Assembly: GCA_964016885.1 (NCBI GenBank)
Contig: OZ024742.1
Coordinates: forward strand, 282,906,001-282,970,000
DNA length: 64,000 bases
Direction of reading: 5' to 3'
Origin: Eledone cirrhosa
Lineage: Eukaryota
This document shows, piece after piece, positions 51,277-64,000 of the stretch (position 1 is the stretch's first letter; each line of letters begins with the position of its first letter). The position numbers and the translations under genes were made by a program. Under the pieces are notes generated by a model, which saw nothing but the letters and a program-made list of their open reading frames with translations, was not told the origin of the DNA and did no database searches.

Positions 51277-52318
51277 ATATATATATATATATAGTAATAA
51301 TAATAAATTTGAAGACTAAAGTCCAAAGAGGGCTCAATAAGGATAAATATATATATCAGAAGATCCCGTTAAGGGTGAAAGCAGCGATTCTTTGCTTAAA
51401 CTTTAATCTGTTATCTTAATAAATATATATATATATATATACATACATGGTGGCTGCCAACTCGTTTTCGAGTATGGACACTATTTTATATCCATGTAGG
51501 AGAACCCCTACCGATGCGCTGAATGTGTGTGACTATACATACATACATACATACACGCACATGCACACCCACATGCAAACATGCACATGCATAAACACGC
51601 ACGTACACACACATGTACCCATCTAACCCATGCAAGCATGGATAATAGACATAAAAAGGTGATGATATATATATGAGAAAATGCATTTTGAGAATCTTAT
51701 TTTTCCCTTCTCTTATTTGTGTTCAATTTTTTTCATCTTTCTCTCATTTGAAACCGCTACCCCCCCCCCTCCTCTTCCCCACATCCCACATCCCACACAC
51801 ATACACATACCAATATTTTTTTCGTCAATTCTGGAGCCAGTAACTTGTGGTTATTGGTTATTGCTATTCATTGTTATTGTTGTTGTAGTTGTTGTTATGG
51901 TTTTTGTTGTTGTTGTTGTAGTGTTTATCTATTCAATGCTGTTATTGCTTGAAAGTGTGTTTTGATATATTTCAGTGTTTTTTTTTTGTTTTTTCTTGTA
52001 TTGCTTAGTAATGTTATGTCATCATCATTATCATCATCATCATCATTATCATTGTCATTGGGTGGTGAATTGTCAGTATCGGTAGGGCAGTATCAGACAG
52101 CATGCTTTGCAGCATAGAGTTATGGCCCTTTTACGTTCTGAGTTCAACGTCGAGGTTAACTTTGCCTTTCATCCTTATGGGGGCTTGATAAAATAAAGTA
52201 CCAGTAATGCACTGGGGTAATTGCTGGCCTTGTTTTGTCAAAAGTAGAAACATTTATCATTATCCTCGTTGTCATCAGTGTCATCAGTGTCATCATCATT
52301 ATCATCATTATCATCATT

Positions 52319-52362
<44 letters not shown>

Positions 52363-52675
52363 TATCATCCTTCTAGCTGTATTTTTAGTTGCTGTTGTTG
52401 GTATGTTGTAGTGTTTGTTGTTGTTGTTGTTATTCTTTGTTGTCATGTAATTATTATTGCTCTTGGTGAATGTTAGTTATATTGTTGTTATTGTTGTTGT
52501 CCCTCTCATGTTTTAGTTGTAGTTGTTGTTATTGTTGTTACTGTTGTTGTCCTTCTCGTGTTTTAGTTGTAGTTGTTATTGTTGTTAGGTACATGTCTAT
52601 TATTTTTTATGCTTCTTATATGTTGTTGTTGTTATTTATGAGTAAATTTGTGTCATTGTGTTGTTGTTATTGTTT

Positions 52676-52715
<40 letters not shown>

Positions 52716-55446
52716 GGTTGTTGTTGTTGTTGTTGTTGTTGTTACTTGTTAGGTACATGTGTTTGTTTTTTGGTTTGTATTTGTTTGTTTCTTATGTGTT
52801 GTTATTGTTATTTAGGAGTAAATTTATGTCATTGTGTTCTTGATGTTGTTCTTGTTCTTGTTTGTCATTGTTGTTATGGTTGTTGTTGTTGTCAGATACA
52901 TGTGTTTGTTTTTGTTTTTTTTGTTGGTTTATATTTGTCTGTTTCTTATGTGTTGTTATTGTTATTTATGAGTAAATTTATGTCATTCTGTTTTTAATGT
53001 TGTTATTGTTTTTGTTGTTGTTGTTGTCATTGTTGTAGTTGTTGTTAGGTACAATTGTTTGTTTTTTTGTTGTTTTTTTGGTATATATTTGTCTATGTTT
53101 CTTATGTGTTGTTATTGTTATTTATGAGTAAATTTGTGACATTGTATAATAAATGACTGCTGCTGCTACTACTACTGCTGGCCTCAGGAAAAGATCTCAT
53201 TGCACTGATGTTTTTTTTTTATTTTCTGAAGCGGACCCGTAATTACTATTTATGTTATGTGCTTGCCATAAAACTTCTATGCAGTAGGGTCTTTTTTTTT
53301 TTTCACCCTCCATGGGGGTGTGCCATGGTTGGGTTGGTTATGATGGTAGTAATGGTGCTGGTGGCAGTTAATTTCTGTCTTTTTTCTTCTTGCCACTCCC
53401 CCCTTCTTTTTTTTTTGTTTTTGTGCTGGTATAGTGTGGAGTCCCCCCCCCCTCTCCACTCCTCCTCGAACCAATAAACCTGTATCATGGTATTACTGAT
53501 TGTGGTGTTGGTGGTGGTGGTGGTGGTATTGGTGGTAATAGTGGTGGTGGTGGTGGTGATATTGGTGGTGGTAGTGGTGAGGAGAGAAGACAAGCCAAAT
53601 GTGGTTGTTTCTTTATACCTACTGTTGCTGGCGCTCCTGTTGTTTTTTTTTTACATTGGAAGGTGGGGGTAATTTTTATGGTGGTGATAGTGTAGGTGGT
53701 GGTATTGATAGTGGTATGAAATATATGAATGTATATATGTGTGTGTATGAATATGGATTGGATAGATTGTAGATGTGTATGAACATATTGATGGATGGAT
53801 GGGGTTAGCAGACAAGTGAACATTCAAAACCAAATGAATGCCTGTGGAAGAAATCAAAGTTTCCTTTCTAATATATTTTATATATTTATCATTATTATTT
53901 TCTTCATACCTCCCAACTTCTGTTATGCTAATACATTTCTTGTGCACCTCCTCAATGGACATTTTTTTTACCTACAAAAAAAAAAAATAAAAAGGAATAT
54001 ATATAATTAGCATTATTGAAAAGCGTGAAATAATGTGCTTTGAAAAAAAAAATTACATTAAAGACTGGTATTTCAAGAGTGACATATTGTGCCATGCCTC
54101 CCAGACTCTGATTTAAACACTGCACTACCTCTTCTTCCCAATACTCTACAATAATTTCCCCAGTCGCATTGTTTTGGTAGGTTAGCCCTTGCAGGCTGGG
54201 GTATATATATATTAGCCATGGATGTGTGGTTAAAGAGATCACTTCATGACCATGTGACACCTTGGACAAATATTTTCTACAATGGCCTTGGTTGACCAGA
54301 CCAATAACTTGTGAGTGAAATTTGATACTATTGGGGTGGAGGTATTTGGGTAAATATGATTGACTAAATTATTAGTGTCTTATGACTGAACTCAATAAAA
54401 AAAAAGATGGACATCAACCACACCAATGTGGCCATGGGTACTCTTTTCTTTCCTCAGACTTATAGAAACTAGAATAAAAAAAAACAATGATTGTAAGGTT
54501 AAGGGGCTTGACTATGTAACCAAATCTTTGATTCTCTTCAGACCATACAGGACTACGCTACCCTATTGGCCTTTTTGTTTTCATTTTTAAGATAGTAGGG
54601 TGTGTTTTAAACCGACTGTATCTGGTCAGAATTCTCTTACCTCTTTCTGTTCAAACCAGCCACATCTGGTTAAAAAATGGCATTGGAAGGATTAAAGTGT
54701 TTATATTTATCTTAAAACCTTCCATCGTGATTTCATGTAACAACTTTTGTTACGTTCCAAATACCAGCTTAATAAACTGTAATTATTTTCAAAATTATTT
54801 GAAAATCATAGGCAGTGTCTTTTCATTAGAAATAACATCAAAATTTCATTAGAAATAACATCAAAATTTCAAGTAAAACTTAAATTAGGCTCCAAACACC
54901 AGATTAATAATAGGAATATTAATTATATTCTTGATTATTTAAAAAAATTATTTGAAAAATCATAGGCAGTGGCTTTCATTAAAAATGCAATAACAAAAAG
55001 GGTTTTAAGCTGTGAAGAAACTCCCTCTCTTGGAGGTGAAATCAGCTTCAGGCTAGTTTCATTCAGTAGCAAGGTTAAGTATGTTAAAATGACATGCAAT
55101 GGTGATGACACAGCAACACAATAACCGTCTTTCATGGAAGGGGATTTTCTCTTATTTAATCTTTGCAAGTATTTTAATAGTGAAACTATAGTGACAACAA
55201 TGTTTGGGGCTGTTGTCTTGTAAATGTCACAAATGACTGCCCTACATAACTATGAATTAAATCCTGACACACACACACACACACACAGAGAGATAGCATG
55301 CTCACACATACATATAGGAGTAAAATGTATAAACATACACACTTAATCACAGATTATTACACACACACATACAGAAAAATGCACAAAACACATGCATATA
55401 TATATGTATGTATGTATATATATATATATATAAACACATGCATACG

Positions 55447-55513
<67 letters not shown>

Positions 55514-55887
55514 AAAAGTTACAGTATCGTAAATGAGGATAGAAAGAGGAGGTACAAAGAGGTGCGATACAGAGTATTACATGCCAAAAGTGGGTGCATA
55601 TATATATATATATATATAGATATACATATATATATATATATATGTATGTATATACATACAGATACACAAACAAGTTCACACACACACATATGTATGTAGA
55701 ATGCAGTTTTTGTCTTAAATATGTAATCCTCAATACAGTTTCCACTTGCCTGAAGGCAAAGTCAAGAAATTCTTCTTTAAACATTTATGTATGTTTACAT
55801 ATATGTACACACACATATACATATACATACACATACACACACACACATATACATACACACACATATACATATACACACATACACCTA

Positions 55888-55922
<35 letters not shown>

Positions 55923-55931
55923 TTACACTAT

Positions 55932-56116
55932 GGAGGCACATGGCTTAGTGTTTAGAGCTTTAGATCCTTGCAATCAAAAGGTTGTGAGTTCAATTCTCAC
56001 ACCGGGTGATGTGTTGTTTTCTTGAGCAAGACACTTTATTTCACATTGCTCCAGTTTACTCAGCTGTAGAAATGAGATGATAGGGACTGGGGTGCCTATC
56101 ATTCCACTGCAAAGTG
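55932..56116 (+). mobile_element. CORE-like tRNA-derived SINE
   Basis: A-box TGGCTTAGTG, B-box GAGTTCAATTC, CORE-like TTGAGCAAGACACTTTATTTCACATTGCTCCAG. Confidence 0.7.
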
Positions 56117-57627
56117 TTGTTCATTAGAGATACAGTCATGAAAGGATTAATCCATCATCTGGTTCAACACTACATATTAATCTGTTAGTGCCTTTAGCAG
56201 TCTCTATTCTGTTGTAAATATTCAGTACAAGTCTCTGGTTTGAGCATTCTTTCTTGGCACAAACTTAATTAACCCTATAGCAATTACATTACTCTACATA
56301 TAGCATTATATTTTCACAGTAAAGGCTTTACCTCACATAAATATCTTAAATAATATTGAATCTATGAGATTTTTATATTATTTATTTTGAGAACAATACC
56401 TTAACATAAGCATGAGTTGCCAGTTGCGGCTGGTTTGAACGGAAAGAGGTGAGAGAATTCTTACACAAACAGTGAACAATTAATAATAAAGGTGTTGACT
56501 TTATGAAGGTGATCCAACTCTAGAAGATTTGCCAAAAAACTGTTGCGAGGACTGTTCATTTGTTGTCGAATACATGTTAGTGCCACAATAAAATGCACCC
56601 AGTACACTCTGGCATTCAGCCATAGAGTATTTGCTAAAAAAAAAAAGGTCTGAGAAGACTCTTCAGTTGTGTCAAAGATGTGAAAACCTCCTGCGTTGGT
56701 GCCACAATAAAATGCACCAAGTACGCTCTGTAAAGTGGTTGCCTCATAACATTTGCCAAACAAACGGTTGCAAGGACTTTTCAGTTGTGTCAAGGACATG
56801 AAAACCTGCATCCATTACACTATTCAGTGGCTGGTGATAAGAAAGGTAGTTAGCTGTAGAAAGCAGGCCAAACAAATGAGTCCAGGGAGGACTATTCAGT
56901 TGTATAAAGGACATAACAACCTTCCTAAGTGTTGGTACCACAATGAAACACACCCAGTATACTCTGTAACGTGGCCAAATATAAATGGGATGCAGCCCTC
57001 TGGTCAACTGAAAGATCAGTAATTCCGATTAAGTACTGACTTGGTCAGTGACAAAATTCTAACAATTCTGCCAATCTACTTCAATAACATCAAGAACAAC
57101 TTCAACAATAACAACAAAAACCAACACCAACAACAAAAAGTATTACTACAAATATAATCTATAGCTTTAATCTAAATTCACAAGATTATAATAACAGTTA
57201 TTTCAGCTAGCTTTTTTTACGACATTATCCATTTGTTGTATAAAATTTTATTATTTCATTATTGTTATTAATCTTATATTAGGAATTTTCTTTGTGTGTA
57301 TATGTTGGTGTGTGTGTGTACATGTTGCTGTGTGTTTGTGTCTTTCTGTCTATGTATGTGTAAGCATGTTTGTGTGTGAGTTTGTTTAGTTTTCATATGT
57401 GCTGCCGGTAATGTGGTGTGAAAGACAAGTGAAGAAATTGTAGGAAGAATGTGCTAATTTTCATTTGTACCTTGTTTATCGGTCAACAGATCTTCTTCAT
57501 ATTTCTTTTCTTCTTTTCCTTCTCATCTCTCTTCATCTGTTTTCTTCTTCCTCATCCCCAACCTTATCTTCTTCATACTACTACTATGACTACTACTATT
57601 ACTCAAGATAGCTAATCGAAAAGATAA

Positions 57628-58090
57628 ACCAACCACCCAACCAGCCACTAAACCAAACCAAACCAAGCAATCCCGCCACCAAACCAAACCATCCCATCAC
57701 CCAACAATCCAGCCAGTCCATCATTCAACCATCCTAGCATCCCACCATCTAACCAGCTCACCATCCAACCATCTAACCATCTCACCACCTAACTATCTAA
57801 CCAGCCCACCACCCAGCAATCCAGCCAGTCCATCATCTAACAATCCCACTATCCAGCCACCCCACCATCCAACAACCCCATCACTCAGCAATCCAGCCAG
57901 TCCATCATCCAACCATCCTACCATCCTACCATCTAACCAGTTCACCATCCTACCACCTAACCATCCAGCCATCCCAGCAGCTAACCAGTCCACCATCCTA
58001 CCATCCAGCCATCCCAGCATCTAACCATCCCACCATCCCACCAGTCCATCATCCAACCATCCAGCCATCTTACCATTCAATCAGCCAAGC
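57628..58090. repeat. (CCAT/CCAAC/CCAGC) degenerate minisatellite
   Basis: Seen directly, with a higher-order recurrence of CAATCCAGCCAGTCCATCAT. Confidence 0.8.
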
Positions 58091-58194
58091 TAACTTAAAG
58101 AAGATACCAGTTGCTTTCACTATATTTTTTATTCTTCCTTGGAGAAATATTAACATGGGAGGAATTAATCACTTTTGAAAAAAATATATTTTGT

Positions 58195-58700
58195 TTTGTT
58201 GTTGTTGTTGTTGTTGTTGCTCTTGTTGATCTTGTTATTGTCATTGTTGTTGTTGTTATTGTTGTTGATGTTCTTGTTATTGTCATTGCTGTTGTTGTTG
58301 TTGTTGATGTTATTTTCATTGTTGTTGTTGTTGATGCTCTTGTTGATCTTGTTATTGTCATTGTTGTTGTTGTTGATGTTCTTGTTGTTGTTGATGTTCT
58401 TGTTATTGTTGTTGTTGATGTTCTTGTTATTGTCATTGTTGTTGTTGTTGTTGATGTTATTGTCATTGTTGTTGTTGATGTTCTTGTTATTGTCATTGTT
58501 GTTGTTGTTGTTGATGATCTTGTTATTGTCATTGTTGTTGTTGTTGATGTTATTGTCATTGTTGTTGTTGATGTTCTTGTTATTGTCATTGTTGTTGTTG
58601 TTGTTGATGATCTTGTTATTGTCATTGTTGTTGTTGTTGTTGTTGGTATTGTTAATATTCTTGTTATTGTACTTCTTATTGTTGTTGTTTGTATTCTTCT
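58195..58700. repeat. (GTT)n array with a higher-order unit (GATGTTCTTGTTATTGTCATT...)
   Basis: Seen directly; gives the spurious Thr/Val/Leu-rich ORFs. Confidence 0.9.
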
Positions 58701-60515
58701 TCTTCTTCTTGTGGTTGTTGTCATGGTTTCTGTGGTTGGTTGTTGTTTGTTTAATTGAGAAGATAAAACAAAATTTGAAAAGAAATAATGCATTATTTAT
58801 TTAGTTTATTTTAATTTATTCACTTTATATGTAAGTGTGTGCGTGTATATAATATATATGTGTGTGTGTGTATTTATGTGTGTGTGTGTGTATGTATTTA
58901 TGTGTGTGTGTGTATGTATTTATGTGTGTGTATGTGTGTGTGTGTGTGTATGTATTTATGTGTGTGTGTGTATGTATTTGTGTGTGTGTGAGTGTGTGTA
59001 TGTATGTATTTGTGTGTGTGTATGTATTTGTGTGTGTGTGTATGTATTTGTGTGTGTGTGTGTATGTATTTGTGTGTGTGTATGTGTGTGTGTGTGTGTG
59101 TATGTATTTATGTGTGTGTGTGTATGTATTTATGTGTGTGTGTATGTATTTATGTGTGTGTTTGTGTATATGTATGTGTGTATGTATGTATTTATGTATG
59201 TATTTATATATGTATATGTATGAATGTTTGCATGTATATGTATGAATGTTTGTATGTATGTATGTATATATATATATATATATATGTGTGTGTATGTATG
59301 TATGTATATTCATCTTTATTTGCAGTTTTACATTAATCACTTCTCTCATGATTACAATAGTCGTTGCATATCTTTGTCTTTTTGGGGCTTTTTTACTATT
59401 ATTGTCATTATTATCATCATTATTATCATCATCATTATTATTGTCTGTAGATTATTATCATCATTATTATCATCATCATTATTATTGTCTGTAGATTGTG
59501 CCAAATACATATATTTGTTGATAATAGTAGATTGCAAAAATTATTGCTTCATCAGCATTCAAATCCATGTTTTGCCTGCCTTTTAATTATTGTCATGTGG
59601 TCAAAAAGATATTTTTTTAAATCTAAGTAATTTGCTTCACAATTTTGCATCCCATGTTCAATCCTACTACTTGGGTATGTGTGATCGTGTGTATATGTGT
59701 ATGTAATGAAGGTGGCAAAGAATGTCGATCTGTAGCAGAACTGAAGTGGCATGTGAAGGTTCACAGCCAACTTGATGCATGACCTGATGCCAAGGAGATC
59801 CATAGTTGTCGTCAATGTGCCAAAGGGTGCAAGTCTCTAGCAGGCTTGAAAAGCCATATCCAAATGTTGCACATGTGAATTTGACAAGCAATTACAGTAC
59901 TCTTAATGTGAGTTTGTAGCCATCATATGTGTGTATGTGTGTGTGGAATATTGAGCATGTTAGTGTCTTTTATCATAGGTTGAGGTTGACCCAGGCCTTG
60001 TGAGTGAAATTAGATAACAAAAAAAAAGATAGAGGAGTGTATTTGTATTACGACCATATTAGACTTTGGGTTTTCCCCAGAAGTTTCTTAACCAAAAAGG
60101 GTTCCGCATTTGAAAAAGTTTGGGAAACCCTGCATTAGAGCATTGGGACAAAATACCTCATGTTATGTATTTGAAGTGTTTATATTCCGAATTCAAATCC
60201 CTCTAAGGTCAACTTTGTCTGTCATTCTTCCAGGTTTGATAAAATAAAGTATTCATTAGACAAGTAATGGGTTTCACTCAATCAAATTTACCCAGACCCA
60301 AACGCTGGCCTTGTGCCGAAATGAGAAGCCATTATAATATTTTTTTGTTTTTTGTTAATAACATATAGTTCTGGAGTGGTAATGTTATTGTTATTTAACT
60401 TTAAACTGAGGTGAACAGTTGCCATCAAATCACATATTTATAACAAACTACCTGTTATACTACCAGAATTTTGATGTTCATGTTCTCTCTCACCTCTTTC
60501 TCTCTCTCTCTCTCA

Positions 60516-60601
<86 letters not shown>

Positions 60602-62423
60602 GACACACACATATATATATTATATATTCAGACACACACAGACACCACATCCAAAGACATATATGCCAACTTTTAAAAAGTTAAAAGCTGACCATGTGAA
60701 CATGCTATATATATATATATATATTATATTATATTATGTATATATATATTTGTATGTATATATGTGTGTGTATATATATATATAATTGTTTCTACTTTAG
60801 ACACAAGGTCAGCAATTACCCAGTACATTACTGGTATATATATATATAATATTGTATTATATTATATGATGTCTGCCAGCTTGGAAAACGGGTGTAAAAT
60901 GATAATGACATAAAATATATAGTGGTGCAGTGATTATATATATATACATATATATATATGTGTATGTATGTGTGTGTGTGTGTAGTAGGTCTTAAAGAGA
61001 CTTCAGTTGAGTTTCAGGTGCAATTAAGTTGTCAAGAGAACAATATTCTTTTTCTCCAGAAAATACTTTAATAAAGACAGCTTAAAATGTGTATGTATGT
61101 TTGGTTGACTGTGTATGTAAAAGGGAGAGAAAGACAAAAAGTAGCTGTATGTTTGTATGTGTGTGTGTGTGTTTTATGTATGCTTGTGTACAAGAGAATG
61201 AGAGCAAGTAAGGCTGTGTGTGTGTGCATGTTGATGTCTATATGCATATGTATATGTGTATATGTGGGTATATAGAAGCAATGTCTATGTGCGTGTATGT
61301 GTTTGGTATTAACTATATTAAATCTTGTTTCGTGTTGTCCTTGTTACTGTAGCGATGGTTGTTGTTATAGTTGTTGTTCCTGTTGTTATTGCTGTGGTTG
61401 TTGCAGTTAGACCCCAAATCAGCTTTGATCCCTCTAGTAGGCCTGGTCCAACAGATTGAGCTCTTTTTAAGGTTACCCAATGACAAGGTGGTGGTGGTGG
61501 TGGTGGTGGTGGTGGTGGCGTTAAACTAGGTGGAGGATTAAGTCTACCAGACAAGTAGGCTACAGTGGGATTTCAACTCAGAATGCTCAGAGTCAGAACA
61601 AATACCACAAGGTATTTCATCCAATGTTCTAACAATTTTGACAATCCACCATTCTGAATTTGGTATTTTATTGACCCCAGAAGGATGACTGGTAAAGTGT
61701 GTCCCAGTGAGAGTTGAACACAGAACATAGTAGTAACAAGGGTTTCTACTTTTGGCACAATGCCATCAATTTGAAGGGAAGAGGAAAGTCGATTAAATCA
61801 ACACCAGTATTTTACTGGTACTTTATTTTATCGATCCTAGATGGATGAAAGACAAAGATAACCTCAGCGGGATTTGAACTTAAAACATAAGGAGAGGTAA
61901 CTACATGACAGCATTTTGTCCAACAGGTTAATAATTTTGTTCTGGCAGTCCCTAATAATAATAATTATTATTATTTCATTTATTAGCCACAAGGGCCCAC
62001 AATAATAATAATAATAATAATAATAATAATTTGAAAAAGAAACACCTATAGTGAATAAACAAAAGCAACAACTATGACCCCCTACTATCCCAAACCATCA
62101 ACACCACCATCCACCACATACAACACCAATACCACTATCATCCAACTCCACCAACAACATAAATGCCCAAACTACCACCCAACAATCCAATGACACCAGC
62201 AACAACACTACCATCAACACTACCAACAACAACACCACCAACACAACTATAATCCCATGCAACCAACAACAGTACCATCCTGCACATCCAACAACTCTAC
62301 TTACAACACCACTACCAACATTTCCACCACAACCATCCCCCTCAACCATCCACCACAAGTTTCCCCCTCAACACTCCACTACAACACTCCACCACAACTA
62401 TCCACCACATCAAACATCAACAT

Positions 62424-62730
62424 CATCCAGTATGTCCAACAACACCCCATCACCAACACTACCTTCCACCACATCAAACAACACCACTACCATCCAGTAT
62501 CTCCAACAATGCCACTATCACCAACACAACCATCCACCACCACATCAAACAACACCACTATCATCCAGGATGTCCAACAATGCCACCATCACCAACACTA
62601 CCTTCCACGACATCAAACAACACCATTACCATCCAGGATGTCCAACCACGCCACCATCACCAACACTACCATCCACCATATCAAACAACAACAATGCCAC
62701 CAAAACTACCATCCACCACATCAAACAACC
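62424..62730. repeat. ~67-71 bp tandem repeat, about 4 copies
   Basis: CATCCAG..TGTCCAACAA..CCATCACCAACACTACC.TCCACCACATCAAACAACACC recurs at ~62424, 62491, 62562 and 62630. Confidence 0.75.
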
Positions 62731-63474
62731 CCACTACCATCCACCATCCACCATCTACCACATTTAACAACACCATTAACACCACTACATTCCATAAAAT
62801 CTAACAACACTACCAACAACACCTCAACCATCAACCTTAACGTTCGCTGTCCACCATGACCACCAACACCGCTGCCATCCATCACAACAACAACACTACC
62901 ATCCAGCACATCCAACAAGAAACCCCACCATCACCACCACCTTCCACCCACGCCCACCACAACCAACAACCGTCATCTTAGTAATAAATTGACTTTCTGT
63001 AATTGCTGATTAGCAAAAGAGTCTGAGATTTAGTGGCAGCAGAAATTTAGTGAGCGGCAAACCTTACCGTTTTAAAGTACTGTGATTAACTTTTCATCTG
63101 ATCAGCCTCGTTAATTGGTAAATTAAAGTAGTGTTCTTAATTGGCTTTTAATTCTTTAATTTGCACATATAACGCATGCCCACACACATATACTCACACA
63201 TATAACGCATGCCCACACACATATACTCACACATATAACACATGCCCACATACACATATATAATGCATGCTCTCTCTCACACACATGTAATGTGCACATA
63301 TATATGTATACATGCCCTTTGTGTGAACACCTGTAGAAGCTATATATGCACACACATATGTGCATGCATACACACACACATATATATATATATGAAGAGA
63401 GAGAGAGAAATTCATATGCCCACATACTGAGAAATTTGTATACACGCATGAAGACATACACAAACACACATATA

Positions 63475-63510
<36 letters not shown>

Positions 63511-64000
63511 CATATGCATTATTCAAACAGGGATACATGCAAATGTGCATGTTTACAGTACACATATACACACACAAACACCACACACACACACACACAT
63601 GTATAATCATACATACACAAATATCCACACATAATTACACCTTCTCAAGCACACATACATACACGAACACGCATGCACTCATGTACACATAGTCATATCA
63701 ATTTAGTTTGAATTTCAATCCTGTTTTATTGGGTTTTAGTCAAAATTTTATTCCTAAGTCTGAAATTTTAATGGAAGCTATCAAATTTAATTAATGTCTT
63801 AAAATAACAATCTGATTTGTGGATTACTAAAAAGGTGGGGAGGGATCTTATTTTTATTTTTAGGGTTTTTGTTTTTTCTTTTTTCTTTTTTTTATAGAAT
63901 TTTGTTTCAATTTATTTTTCATTTTTCAAGTATTTAAAAACATTTTTTTGTGTGTTTTATTTAAAAATTTTTTAGTATTATATTTCATTTTGTTCTTTAA

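Noticed and set aside
53952-54269. 105-aa minus-strand ORF with protein-like composition
   Set aside because: Starts inside a SINE remnant; no recognisable motif or convincing splice sites.

Overview
AT-rich, microsatellite-saturated, non-coding animal DNA (intronic or intergenic). The SINE and RTE repeat complement resembles an octopod cephalopod; this is an inference from recalled repeat families, not a database result. No host protein-coding gene could be identified, only a few candidate spliced exons, and almost all ORF-track entries are microsatellite artefacts. Real coding remnants are all retroelements: a young 5'-truncated RTE-clade LINE with an uninterrupted ~794-codon frame (endonuclease tail, RT, PHD-like finger), several shorter copies, other RTE/CR1 tails, and a CRE-clade REL-endonuclease fragment missed by the ORF track. 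There are also many tRNA-derived SINEs and piggyBac-, hAT-, pogo- and mariner-type MITEs. The main hidden signal has two parts. (1) At least five sequence-unrelated minimal type I hammerhead ribozymes, each with a palindromic helix III and an AATAAA at or just after the cleavage site, mostly near (TA)n tracts, as expected of Penelope-like element termini. One is duplicated head-to-head in a perfect, spacer-free 330-bp palindrome (41169-41498). (2) Repeated fold-back inverted duplications centred on (TA)n tracts or on a ribozyme hairpin.
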